Assembly: GCA_963665095.1 (NCBI GenBank)
Contig: OY762069.1
Coordinates: 917,583 to 981,582, forward strand
Source: an uncultured Desulfobacter sp.
GTDB lineage: Bacteria > Desulfobacterota > Desulfobacteria > Desulfobacterales > Desulfobacteraceae
Direction: 5' to 3'
DNA: 64,000 bases
Within the stretch, counting starts at the first letter, position 1. Each line of letters begins with the position of its first letter. The notes under the pieces are model-generated. The model saw only the letters and a list, made by a program, of their open reading frames with translations, made no database searches and was not told where the DNA came from. Made by a program: the position numbers and the translations under genes. Below, in pieces: positions 27,127 to 36,608 of this stretch.

Positions 27127-28191
27127 GTGCGACACGAGGTCGCATTATTGGCTGTTTGGCGGGCCAGTCGGTCCTGACCAAACCCGGCATTCTCCTGCCG
27201 GTACCATAGGTGGCATGCGGTTCCCGGTGCATCCGGCAACGGTGTGAAGCCCAAACGACAAAGTACCGAATTCCGCAGCTGCGGAAGGGGTGGAAGCCGT
27301 GAGGCGGATACCCTCCTGGAAGCCTCAATCCGGGTGAGGGCAAGGGTTTGGATGATATGGTCAAAGTAGTTGAATGTTCCGTAAGTACCGTCAGGGAGAA
27401 CAAGCTAAAGAGGCTGGTAAGCTTGGACCAAAAGGTGAGCGGTCAGGTTGCAGGTTTCGGAACTGGCTGCACGGAGATGTTGCGCCGCCGGTGCTTAAGG
27501 GCAGACCTAAGTCATCCATAAATTGGCAATAATGCGGAACGTGGAAACCCCGTATCTTCGCCGGGAGTATTCGGCAGGTGAAACCGTAAGGCACACTGAT
27601 GGAGGTGCGGGCGTAAGATCCAGGAAAAAGCGAATGCCGTCTTGTAATGAGATGGATACGGATTGAGGCGTATATCCCCAACATTACCCGGCCCGAAAGG
27701 GAACTGACGTCCTGCGGGTGTGACTACAGACACACCCGGGCAGGTGTTTCTTTGTGAGAGAGTTTGGAGAATCTTTGAGGATGGGAAAGCAAATGACGGC
27801 AATGGCTGGTGCGCCCATCAGCAGCTTTACGCTGTTAAAAGACTGTAGATACGTATCGCAAAGGTTGTTAAAGTAGCACACGGGATATACGCCAGAGGTT
27901 CTTTCAAAAGGATGCATTTTCTTTTGACTCGGAAAAAGAACAGTACTTTCCGAGAGAATGCTCAAGGACATATGCTATGAATTAACTGTAAATTTCATTA
28001 TTGTCAGGGCCGTCTTGAAAATGCAGCCAAATCCCCGGTTTGAAAATGTATGTTCTTAGCTGGTTTTTCTTCTCTTAAAAATCAAATTTAAAAATTTCGT
28101 CTTCTTCATTTTTTTCCTTTCTTTGCCCTCTGCTTTTTTCCGTACATACTGATCTTATTCATGTCTGATTTGAATCGGAGGCAATATGTAG

Positions 28192-28758
28192 ATGGGACTA
28201 CTCAAGAAAAGAAGGTGCCGAAATTGTAGAAGATTATTCGCTCCTAATCCAAGAAATATAGACTCTCAAAAATACTGTTCCAGATCTGAGTGCAGAAAAG
28301 CCAGCAAAAGGTGCAGCCAGAAAAAATGGCTGAACAAGCCTGAAAATCGAAACTACTTTTGTGGGCCTGCCCATGTTGAACGTGTTCAGGAATGGAGAAA
28401 GAAGAATCCCGGATATTGGAAGAAGACCAAAAGCCCAGATACGTTACAAGACTCGATATGTCCCCAACAGGCTGAAAATAAACAGGATTCAACGCAATTC
28501 ATGGACAATGCGTTACAAGATTTCTTACGGGCGCAACCTCCTGTCATTATAGGGTTAATCGCCAACTTTACAGGCAGTGCGTTACAAGATGACATCGCTT
28601 CCACGCTCCTTCGTATGAAAAAATACGGGCAAGACATTTTATGTTCACAACCCCAAAAAGAAGGAGAGCAAAATGATTGCAAAGGCCCCCATTTTACCAT
28701 CCAGGGTTCGAAAAACACCCCAAAGCTTCAGTTGGATCGATCATCGCCTGGTGCGTGA
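28192..28758 (+). CDS. basic Cys-rich protein of unknown function inside IS21 (upstream of istA)
   Basis: ORF only. Contains CRNCRR .. YCSRSEC. Confidence 0.4.
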   Translation: MGLLKKRRCRNCRRLFAPNPRNIDSQKYCSRSECRKASKRCSQKKWLNKPENRNYFCGPAHVERVQEWRKKNPGYWKKTKSPDTLQDSICPQQAENKQDSTQFMDNALQDFLRAQPPVIIGLIANFTGSALQDDIASTLLRMKKYGQDILCSQPQKEGEQNDCKGPHFTIQGSKNTPKLQLDRSSPGA

Positions 28759-29059
28759 ACGGCACATTGACAGGTGTACACACTCCCAGTCCGCCCTATA
28801 TCTGTTTCTGGTGTGTGTGGCCGACAGTCAAGGCATCAGCTACTATGGAGATAAGGCGATCATGGATCGGCTGTGCATGGATTCTGATGGCCTGAAGACA
28901 GCACGTTCCGGGTTAATACAGAATGGGCTGATTGCCTGGCAGAGACCTATTTACCAGGTGCTTGCCCTTGACCCTGCTCCTGGTAAATCAAAACGGCACG
29001 GCTCCATGCTGCGTCTTTCAGATATTCTAAAAGCAGCAGCGGAGGGCAACCATGATTGA
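28673..29059 (+). CDS. hypothetical protein (possible winged-helix) inside IS21, overlapping the istA start
   Basis: Strong RBS AAGGAGAG before ATG 28673. Its stop overlaps istA ATG 29052. Confidence 0.5.
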   Translation: MIAKAPILPSRVRKTPQSFSWIDHRLVRERHIDRCTHSQSALYLFLVCVADSQGISYYGDKAIMDRLCMDSDGLKTARSGLIQNGLIAWQRPIYQVLALDPAPGKSKRHGSMLRLSDILKAAAEGNHD

Positions 29060-29888
29060 TTACGAAACCTATGTTCAAATCAGAAATTACTTTACCCGAG
29101 ACGGCCTGACATACAGCCAGATTGCCAATGCCCTTGATCTGGACCCCAGGACAGTTGCCAGGTGGGCCAACCTGAAAAGGTACCAGCCCAGACAGTCAGC
29201 CCCCAGAGAAAGCAAGCTTGATCCGTATAAGAACGCCATCCTGCATATGCTTGAAAAACATCCCTACAGTTCCCGCCAGATATTTCAACGAATCACCCAG
29301 GATGGTTTTGCCGGGGGCATCACCATTGTTGAGGATTATGTCAGGAAGGTGCGGCCGCCCAAAACAAAGGCGTATTTGAAACTGAGTTTTGCTCCGGGTG
29401 AAGCTGCCCAGGTGGACTGGGGTTCTTATAGTACAGTAAGGGTGGGCAACACGACCCGGCGGTTGAGCTTTTTTGTGATGGTGATGTGCCACAGCCGCAT
29501 GATGTACGTTGAGTTCACGGTCTCCCAGACCATGGAGCATTTTTTAGGCTGCCACCAGAATGCATTTGAGTTTTTTGGAAAGGTGCCGGAAAAGGTCATG
29601 GTGGACAATCTCAAATCCGCTGTTCTAAAAAGACTGCTGGGGAAAGCCCCGGTCTTCAACCCCAGATACCTTGATTTTGCAGATTATTACGGATTTACAA
29701 TTGTTCCCTGTAATGTGCGCAAGGGTAATGAAAAAGGCCGGGTTGAAAATGCTGTGGGCTATGTCAAAAAGAATCTGCTCAACGGTCTTGAAATCCCTGA
29801 TTTTAAGATCATGGAGCCCACCTGCAAACACTGGCTTGATACTGTCGCCAATGTCAGAACCCACGGAGAGACCGGTCAAAAGCCCGCA
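29052..29888 (+). pseudogene. istA: IS21 transposase IstA, N-terminal part (HTH + DDE core), interrupted
   Basis: MIDYETYVQIRNYF..LTYSQIA.. with the catalytic region ..QVDWG.. / ..MVDNLKSAV.. . The frame ends at the insertion (..HGETGQKPA). Confidence 0.85.
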
Positions 29889-30026
29889 TGAGAATGATCA
29901 CAAAAAATCATGGAAAAATTAAAGATAATTTGCAAGATATGCCAGGGATGAGGCAGAAGCTCCCCCGTTTATCTCGCAAATAATCAATGGAACTTCTGCC
30001 CCTATTACCCTAACAGGGCAGGAGAT

Positions 30027-30602
30027 ATGCTATCAGAACTTATTAAAAACAAAAATCTTTTTTTCCATCTTTACGAAATCGATAAAAATACAGCAAAACA
30101 GTACAGACAGTTGCCTTGTCCGCATTGTGGAGGCCCCTTATATTTCAGCAATTACATGCGCAAGCCCCGGGGAGAGCCTGAGGGCGTGCCGGAGGAATTC
30201 TTTATTCAGTTCAGCCTATGTTGTGGAACCGAAGGGTGTCGCAAAAGATTGATGCCGCCGTCCTGCCGTTTTCTGGGGAGAAAAGTCTACTGGTTTGCAG
30301 TTATTCTGTGTGTTTTAACAGACTGGCAAAATACCAATGAAAAAATCACCGTTTATGATTTGTCCATACGAACTGGCATTAGCCGGAACACAATAAACCG
30401 CTGGCTTGCCTTTTTTCAGGATACATTTCCAGTGAGCCGAACCTGGCGAAGGCTTCGGGGGCAGATATCCGCTGGTGTCAGTAACAGCCGTCTGCCGTCA
30501 AGTTTCATCAATTATTGCCGGGCGGTGAAATCCAACGCCGAAAACGCACTTGTATCAAGCCTGATAATCTTATCAGGCGGGTCCAAAATCAGGGCCGGAT
30601 AA
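30027..30602 (+). CDS. zinc-ribbon/HTH accessory protein of the nested element
   Basis: CPHCGG .. CCGTEGC, and ISRNTINRWL (HTH-like). Confidence 0.45.
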   Translation: MLSELIKNKNLFFHLYEIDKNTAKQYRQLPCPHCGGPLYFSNYMRKPRGEPEGVPEEFFIQFSLCCGTEGCRKRLMPPSCRFLGRKVYWFAVILCVLTDWQNTNEKITVYDLSIRTGISRNTINRWLAFFQDTFPVSRTWRRLRGQISAGVSNSRLPSSFINYCRAVKSNAENALVSSLIILSGGSKIRAG

Positions 30603-30708
30603 TCTCGCGCAGAGGATGAACATAGACAAATATATGCAGGCTGTTTTACCACCTGATTTCAGACGTTGATCCGAAATTTTAACCTGAAATTAAAAAGGAG
30701 CCTGATTT

Positions 30709-32154
30709 ATGAGTGGTAAAACACAGCACCCGGCAGACCTGTGGGCATTATTTCGCTTTTCGGTTATCGGCGGTTTACTGGCACGCCCTCCGGCAAAGGG
30801 AGAGTTGCAAAATGAACTGACCCGGCTCGCAGGTCAAATCTATTCTCATCCTGTGACGAACAAACCGACCTGTTTTCATTTTTCCACAATTGAGGCCTGG
30901 TATTACAGGGCAAAAAATTGCCAGGACCCAATTCTGGCTCTGGGCCGTAAAGTTCGTTCAGATATGGGCAAATCCACAGCATTGAATGCTGAATTGATCC
31001 GCCTTCTTGGTGTCCAGTACAACACTTATCCGCAATGGAGCTATCAGCTTCATTGCGACAACCTGGCAGCTGAAATCGCTGAACAGGGCCTGTGTGAGAA
31101 TCCGCCGTCCTATGCAAGTGTGAGAAGGCGTATGGTTGAACGGGGTTGGAGAAAAAAGGCTTCCAAGAACAAAAATCAAACATCCGGACAGAAATCAGCT
31201 TTTAAGCGATTAGAAACGTATGAAGTCCGTAGTTATGAAACCGAAAACATCCATGAATTATGGCATCTGGACTTTCACGAATGCAGCAGGCGCGTGGTGG
31301 ACGAAAAAGGTCAGTGGCATACGCCCAAGGCATTGTGCATTCTTGATGATCGCTCCCGTCTGTGTTGTCATATTCAATGGTATTTGAATGAAACGGCAGA
31401 GGTTTTGATCCACGGCTTGTCCCAGGCGTTTTACAAAAGAGGGCTTCCCAGAGCCTTGATGACAGATAATGGTTCTGCCATGATTGCTCATGAAACCGGC
31501 AACGGACTTAAACGATTGGGCGTCAGTCATGAGACCACGTTGCCATACTCGCCCTATCAAAATGGGAAGCAGGAAGCCTTTTGGGGTACACTTGAAGGCC
31601 GTTTGATCGCCATGCTGAGCCGGATGGATTCTTTGACCCTGGTATATTTAAATCAGGTCTCCCAGGCCTGGATCGAGATGGAATACAACAAGTCAACCCA
31701 TGATGAAATTCATATGTCGCCATTGCAATGCGCCCTTGACGGCAAGGATGTGTCACGTCCTGCACCGGAACCTGAACAGCTTCAATTTTCGTTTACAGCC
31801 TGTGAATCCAGAAAACAGCGTCTGTCCGATGGTACCATCTCTTTGATGGGCATCCGGTTTGAAATCCCTTCACGGTTTAATCATATCCAGCGTCTTCATG
31901 TCTGTTTTTGCTCCTGGGATAAATCGGTTGCCTGGCTGATAGATAAACGAACCGGAAATAAGCTTGCCGCAATTTATCCCCAGGACAAGACAAAGAATGC
32001 TTCAGCAATCCGTCGTATCAAATCCACTCCGGATGAAATTAACCCTGGCCATGAAACCCTGTCCGGATCAGAACCGGCCCTGCTTAAAAAGCTCTTGTCC
32101 GATTATGCAGCAACCGGAATGCCTTGTGCCTACTTGCCAATGGAGGAAAAGTGA
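30709..32154 (+). CDS. DDE transposase, integrase-core (rve) type, TniA/MuA-like
   Basis: D in LWHLDFH, D in LMTDNGS, and E in YQNGKQEAFW. Confidence 0.8.
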   Translation: MSGKTQHPADLWALFRFSVIGGLLARPPAKGELQNELTRLAGQIYSHPVTNKPTCFHFSTIEAWYYRAKNCQDPILALGRKVRSDMGKSTALNAELIRLLGVQYNTYPQWSYQLHCDNLAAEIAEQGLCENPPSYASVRRRMVERGWRKKASKNKNQTSGQKSAFKRLETYEVRSYETENIHELWHLDFHECSRRVVDEKGQWHTPKALCILDDRSRLCCHIQWYLNETAEVLIHGLSQAFYKRGLPRALMTDNGSAMIAHETGNGLKRLGVSHETTLPYSPYQNGKQEAFWGTLEGRLIAMLSRMDSLTLVYLNQVSQAWIEMEYNKSTHDEIHMSPLQCALDGKDVSRPAPEPEQLQFSFTACESRKQRLSDGTISLMGIRFEIPSRFNHIQRLHVCFCSWDKSVAWLIDKRTGNKLAAIYPQDKTKNASAIRRIKSTPDEINPGHETLSGSEPALLKKLLSDYAATGMPCAYLPMEEK

Positions 32155-32978
32155 TGAACAGCAAACGATTATTGGCTTATTATGGATTGAAGTACAATCC
32201 TTTTTTACCAAATATTCCTGTGGACTCATTATGGCATCCACCCCGGATGGAGGCATTTATTACACGCCTTGAAAATATGACCATGAACGGTGGATTTGCA
32301 TTAATCGCCGGTGAACCCGGTCTTGGCAAATCCAAGACACTACAGGCGATTGCCCATCAGCTTGGCAAGCTTGATGAAGTCGTTGTCGGCGTTATGGAGC
32401 GCCCCCAAAGCAGCGTGGCCGATTTCTATCGGGAAATGGGGACACTGTTTGGTGTCAATTTGAGTCCGGCCAACCGTTACGGAGGGTTCAAAGATCTGCG
32501 GCAACGATGGAAAAATCATATTAAAACAACCCTGTTCAGACCCGTCCTGCTCATTGATGAGGCTCAGGAAATGCTTACCGGATGCCTGAATGAGCTTCGG
32601 TTGCTCAACAGTATGGATTTTGACTCCCAGAATTTATTGACCACCATTATCTGTGGTGATACCCGGCTGCCGGAACGGTTCAGAACCAGTGCATTGGTAG
32701 CCCTGGGGAGTCGACTCCGGTTCCGGTTAAAATTGGATCCTTATACCCGGGAAGAATTGTTGGATTATATAGCGCATTGCCTAAATCAGGCCGGAGCTCC
32801 TCAACTCATGACAAAACCTTTAATCACCGCTTTGGTAGAGCACTGTACAGGAAACTTACGGGTCCTCAATAATATGTCGGCAGAACTGCTTGAAGTGGGC
32901 GTTCAAAGAGAGCTGCCGCAACTGGATGAGAAACTTTTCATAGAGCTTTTTTCACTGAAACCGTCGCCAACCAGATAA
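32154..32978 (+). CDS. AAA+ ATPase, TniB/ExeA-like transposition helper
   Basis: Walker A is GEPGLGKSK and Walker B is VLLIDEAQ. Its start overlaps the transposase stop (TGATG). Confidence 0.8.
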   Translation: MNSKRLLAYYGLKYNPFLPNIPVDSLWHPPRMEAFITRLENMTMNGGFALIAGEPGLGKSKTLQAIAHQLGKLDEVVVGVMERPQSSVADFYREMGTLFGVNLSPANRYGGFKDLRQRWKNHIKTTLFRPVLLIDEAQEMLTGCLNELRLLNSMDFDSQNLLTTIICGDTRLPERFRTSALVALGSRLRFRLKLDPYTREELLDYIAHCLNQAGAPQLMTKPLITALVEHCTGNLRVLNNMSAELLEVGVQRELPQLDEKLFIELFSLKPSPTR

Positions 32979-32989
32979 GAGGTATAAAA

Positions 32990-33232
32990 ATGACAATCAA
33001 TGAAACACAACTTGAAAAAACAATGGCTGAAATTGTCGACGAGCTGGGCAATCTGGTCATGGAGTTGATCCTTGTCAGTTTAAAAAAAATAAACTCGGAA
33101 AATCATCTTTTGACAGAATTGCTGGAGATCAAACAAGAGGAACAAAGAGAAAATGAATTTTATGGTTTTGGTGAAACGGAGCCGGGACATCCTGGGGAGG
33201 AAACCCGGCAAGGGATAGCCAAAAGCAGGTAG
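32990..33232 (+). CDS. small acidic hypothetical protein
   Basis: ORF with a GAGG RBS. Its 3' part (YGFGETEPG) is also conserved, as DNA, after the second TniB-like gene at ~47940. Confidence 0.35.
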   Translation: MTINETQLEKTMAEIVDELGNLVMELILVSLKKINSENHLLTELLEIKQEEQRENEFYGFGETEPGHPGEETRQGIAKSR

Positions 33233-33432
33233 CATTGAATAATGCGCCGGGGGAAGCGGGGTTGACCTGCTTCCCCTTTCTGTATTATTCAAGCTTTCCT
33301 GCTCATGCCTTAAAAAACCCAATAAAATCAGTCGGAGCGCAGCGACATCTGCTAATCATTGAAAATACAGTTATGCCTTTCCCTGATTTATCCTGATTGT
33401 CGCTCCATTGATTATCGTGCTTCCTCTCAGCA

Positions 33433-34071
33433 GAGATGTATGCCCTGGAATTGCCCCACCTATACCCTCTGCCGTCAGAACCCTATGATATCGGTGTGGT
33501 AAAGCAGGTACGGGCTTCAAGACAGTACAGGGTAGTCATCGATACAAATGCTTACACAGTACCCGCCCAGCTGGCAGGGGTGGCTTTGACTGCCAAGCTT
33601 TACCCTGATCGGATCTGCTTTTACCATGAAGACAAGTTGGTTGCCCGCCATGTCAGATCCTATGGCCGCAAAAACGACCTTGAAGATCCTGATCACTCTA
33701 AAATCCTTTTGAGCCAGCGCAAAAAGGCCAGAGACCAGGCAATTTATATGCGTTTTTTAAGCCTCTCTGACAAGGCCCGGGAGTATTACAGGCAATTGCA
33801 GAACAGGCGGCTTAACGCCTCCCATCATGTACGGCAAATCGTGGCCTTGAGTGAAATCTACTCCCGGGAACAAGTTGCCATGGCCATTGAAGATGCCTTT
33901 AAGTTCTCTGCATTCTCATGTGAATACATCGCCAACCTCCTTGAGCAGCGGGTTCGGTCTCCCCAGGAGCCCGGAGCCCTGCATGTTACACATAAAGCAG
34001 ATTTACTGAACCTGACAATCCAGGAGCCTGATCTTAATATTTATACCGCCATAGGAGATAAAAATGCCTGA
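33433..34071 (+). pseudogene. istA: IS21 transposase IstA, C-terminal part
   Basis: It continues ..EMYALELPHLYPLPSEPYD.. in frame with 29052..29888 once the nested element is removed. Confidence 0.8.
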
Positions 34072-34798
34072 TCTTGAGAAATGCCTGTCCCACTTAAAAC
34101 TACCTTATATCAGGGAAAACTATGAGTCAGTGGCTACCCTGGCTGCCCAGAAGCAATGGAGCCACGTTCAATATCTATCAGAGCTTGCCAGGCATGAATC
34201 ACTACTGCGCCATGATAAAACCATCCAGCGCCGTATCCGTATGGCCAAGTTCCCGGTAATCAAAACCCTGGACCAGTTCAACTGGTCATGGCCCAGAAAA
34301 ATCAATCAGGCTCAGATCCAGAATCTGTTCAGACTCAAGTTCATTGAAGAAAAGGGTAACATTATCGTGATCGGCCCGGTCGGTGTTGGGAAAACACATA
34401 TTGCGACTGCTTTAGGTTACCAGGCCTGCCTGAAAAACCATACGGTTCTGTTCTCTTCTGCCATTGATATCGTCAACAATCTGGTGGCAGCCCAGAAGGC
34501 GGGTCAGTTAAAGCAGGAACTGAGAAAATACCTCAAGCCAACTTTGTTGATCATGGATGAACTGGGCTACCTGCCCATTGACAAGATTGGGGCAGACCTG
34601 TTGTTCCAAATTATCAGTCAGCGCTATGAGCAAGGAGCCATCATAATAACCACAAACCGGGTGTTCAAAGATTGGCCGGAGATCTTCAACAATGACATGA
34701 CATTAACATCAGCTTTGCTGGACAGGCTTCTTCACCACACCGAGCCTGTGGTCATTGAGGGTAAGAGTTTTAGAATGAAAGATGTGACGGAAGAATAA
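34064..34798 (+). CDS. istB: IS21 helper ATPase IstB
   Basis: Walker A is GPVGVGKTH and Walker B is LLIMDELGY. It overlaps the end of istA. Confidence 0.9.
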   Translation: MPDLEKCLSHLKLPYIRENYESVATLAAQKQWSHVQYLSELARHESLLRHDKTIQRRIRMAKFPVIKTLDQFNWSWPRKINQAQIQNLFRLKFIEEKGNIIVIGPVGVGKTHIATALGYQACLKNHTVLFSSAIDIVNNLVAAQKAGQLKQELRKYLKPTLLIMDELGYLPIDKIGADLLFQIISQRYEQGAIIITTNRVFKDWPEIFNNDMTLTSALLDRLLHHTEPVVIEGKSFRMKDVTEE

Positions 34799-35038
34799 CA
34801 AAGCCGAGGCCGGTCTACATGCATCTGGAGGCCGGCCCTTTAATCGCCTACATTTTTAAACCGGGAGATTTATGACATGTTCACGCCCCGCCTGACAATT
34901 ATTGCTGAAACAACCGGACGGCCCCGCAAGGCTTAGTCTTAGAAATGCTTGAGCCGTATGACGGGAAACTGTCACGTACGGTTCTGAGGGGGCCTGGGGT
35001 AGATAACTACCCCCGGCTACCCGATCCTAAAAACACCA

Positions 35039-35066
35039 TTGACAATAGTATCAATATTAGTATCAT
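35039..35066 (+). promoter_or_regulatory. sigma70-like promoter of hicAB cassette (TTGACA-16-TATCAT) with direct repeat TAGTATCA x2; ATG 6 nt downstream
   Basis: Hexamers lie at 35039-35044 and 35061-35066, and the ATG is at 35073. Confidence 0.5.
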
Positions 35067-35072
35067 ATAGAC

Positions 35073-35333
35073 ATGGGCCAAATAGAAAAGCTATTAAATG
35101 AAATTTCCAATAATCCAGCCAATGTAAAATTTACAGATCTATGCAGGGTCTGTGAACATTATTTTGGAAAGGCTCGTCAATCTGGTAGCAGTCATCGAAT
35201 ATATAAAACCCCGTGGCAAGGTGACCCTCGGGTAAATATTCAGAACAACAAGGGAAAAGCAAAAGCCTATCAAGTTAAGCAAGTGATCAAGGCTATTGAA
35301 AGATTGGAGGTAGGAAGTGACACTACAAAATGA
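35073..35333 (+). CDS. hicA: HicA-family mRNA interferase toxin
   Basis: ..QSGSSHRIYKTPW.. with a typical ~85-aa size. A HicB-type gene follows, overlapping it. Confidence 0.75.
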   Translation: MGQIEKLLNEISNNPANVKFTDLCRVCEHYFGKARQSGSSHRIYKTPWQGDPRVNIQNNKGKAKAYQVKQVIKAIERLEVGSDTTK

Positions 35334-35646
35334 TCATTATACATATAGGGTTACTTGGTCTCCCGAGGACGAAGAATATATCGGCTTATGCGTGGAATTC
35401 CCAAGTTTAAGCTGGCTGGCCAAATCTCCTGAGTCTGCATTAAAAGGTATTCGTAAGACGGTAGAGTCGGTCATTCAAGACATGAAAGACAATGATGAAA
35501 AAATTCCCCAACCAATCGCTTCAAAAAATTATAGTGGTAAATTTATGGTTCGTGTTCCACCCGAAGTTCATAGAAGTTTAGCGATCCAAGCAGCAGAATC
35601 AGGGGTAAGTATAAATAGGCTCGTTAGTTCTCGTCTCAGTCAATAA
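35317..35646 (+). CDS. hicB: HicB-family antitoxin with C-terminal RHH
   Basis: YTYRVTWSPEDEEYIGLCVEFPSLSW .. RVPPEVHRSLAIQAAESGVSINRLV. Confidence 0.8.
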   Translation: MTLQNDHYTYRVTWSPEDEEYIGLCVEFPSLSWLAKSPESALKGIRKTVESVIQDMKDNDEKIPQPIASKNYSGKFMVRVPPEVHRSLAIQAAESGVSINRLVSSRLSQ

Positions 35647-35880
35647 TATTGGCACAATAGGGATAGGACTCCCCATTACTGAGGAGCCCTCCTACACCAC
35701 CCGGCATACGGATCTCGTACCAAGGCGGTTCGGCTGGTATGAATTAAATCAGTTGTAGGTTATCCCACCGATTTTATCGGGTTTTGGGCAAAGTCTTGCT
35801 ATAGAAATTTCGGCCACTGCCGCATTATTCGTAAGCGTTTAAAGGACCCCATCTACAAATCATTAAAATGACATGAGAAG

Positions 35881-36243
35881 ATGAGCCAACTTTTAATGGA
35901 GGCCCATCATATGTCAGAAACAGAGAAGAAAAACCAAAAACTAACCCAGTTCTGGAAGTACCACATTAAACAATGGTCTGAATCGGGTATGTCCCAAAAT
36001 GCATACTGCAGGCAAAATGATTTAAGACCCAATCAATTTACATACTGGAAAATGAAATTCAAAAGCCAGGCACTTGTTCCAGAATTCGTCCAGGTCCCTT
36101 CAACGCAGATCAGCCAGGCGCTAAGCCTTTCTGAACGAAAAGGCTTAGCGTTGAATACAGATAACGGATTTCAGATCGAAATACCGGATGGCTTTTCCCA
36201 AACAACCCTGGCCCAGGTGCTTCAAGTATTGAGGCGGTGCTGA
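35881..36243 (+). CDS. tnpA: IS66 Orf1 (TnpA)
   Basis: ..QFWKYHIKQWSESGMSQNAYCRQNDLRPNQFTYWK.. . The true start may be an internal ATG (MSETEKK). Confidence 0.8.
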   Translation: MSQLLMEAHHMSETEKKNQKLTQFWKYHIKQWSESGMSQNAYCRQNDLRPNQFTYWKMKFKSQALVPEFVQVPSTQISQALSLSERKGLALNTDNGFQIEIPDGFSQTTLAQVLQVLRRC

Positions 36244-36596
36244 TGTTTTCTTCCACCCAGAATTTAAAAATTCATATCGCACTTGGAAACACTGATATGC
36301 GCAAGGCCATTGATGGGCTATCCATACTTGTGAGCGAAAAATTAAATTTGGATCCATTTTCGGGACACATGTTTGTATTCTGTAACCGGAAACGGAATAT
36401 ATTGAAAATCCTGTATTGGGATCGCAATGGATTCTGTCTTTGGCACAAGCGCTTGGAAAAGGATTATTTCCAATGGCCCAAGTCAAAAGAACAGATTTTG
36501 ACCATCGGAGCAAAAGAGCTTTCCTGGCTGATGGACGGACTTTCTATTCGTCAGGAAAAAGCACATAAATCATTAAAATATTCGGCTGTTTTTTGA
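36237..36596 (+). CDS. tnpB: IS66 Orf2 (TnpB)
   Basis: ..DMRKAIDGLSILV..DPFSGHMFVFCNRKRNILKILYWDRNGFCLWHKRLE.. Confidence 0.9.
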   Translation: MLMFSSTQNLKIHIALGNTDMRKAIDGLSILVSEKLNLDPFSGHMFVFCNRKRNILKILYWDRNGFCLWHKRLEKDYFQWPKSKEQILTIGAKELSWLMDGLSIRQEKAHKSLKYSAVF

Positions 36597-36608
36597 TCAT
36601 AAAAACTG

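Larger units (their letters stand above)
29889..33429 (+). mobile_element. TniA/TniB-like (Mu/Tn7-superfamily DDE + AAA+) transposable element nested in istA
   Basis: Imperfect terminal IRs TGAGAATGATCACAAAAAATCATGGA / (rc) TGAGAGGAAGCACGATAATCAATGGA. CCATTGATT-type repeats lie subterminally. GCA flanks both ends, and removing the element plus one GCA restores the istA frame. Confidence 0.7.
28002..34897 (+). mobile_element. IS21-family element (itself carrying a nested 3.5-kb insertion in istA)
   Basis: Termini are TGTCAGGGCCG.. / ..CGCCTGACA, with subterminal repeats ggtttgaaaatgt / acatttttaaacc. The 5-bp direct repeat ATTAT lies at 27997-28001 and 34898-34902. Confidence 0.8.
27127..35026 (+). 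mobile_element. group II intron, family 2b, degenerate, split by an IS21 insertion; inserted directly after attC15 R'
   Basis: The 5' part 27127-28001 is near-identical to 24625.. . The RT start MGKQMTA is retained but the frame is destroyed. The 3' part 34898-35026 carries domains V/VI and ..CTACCCGATC. Confidence 0.75.
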
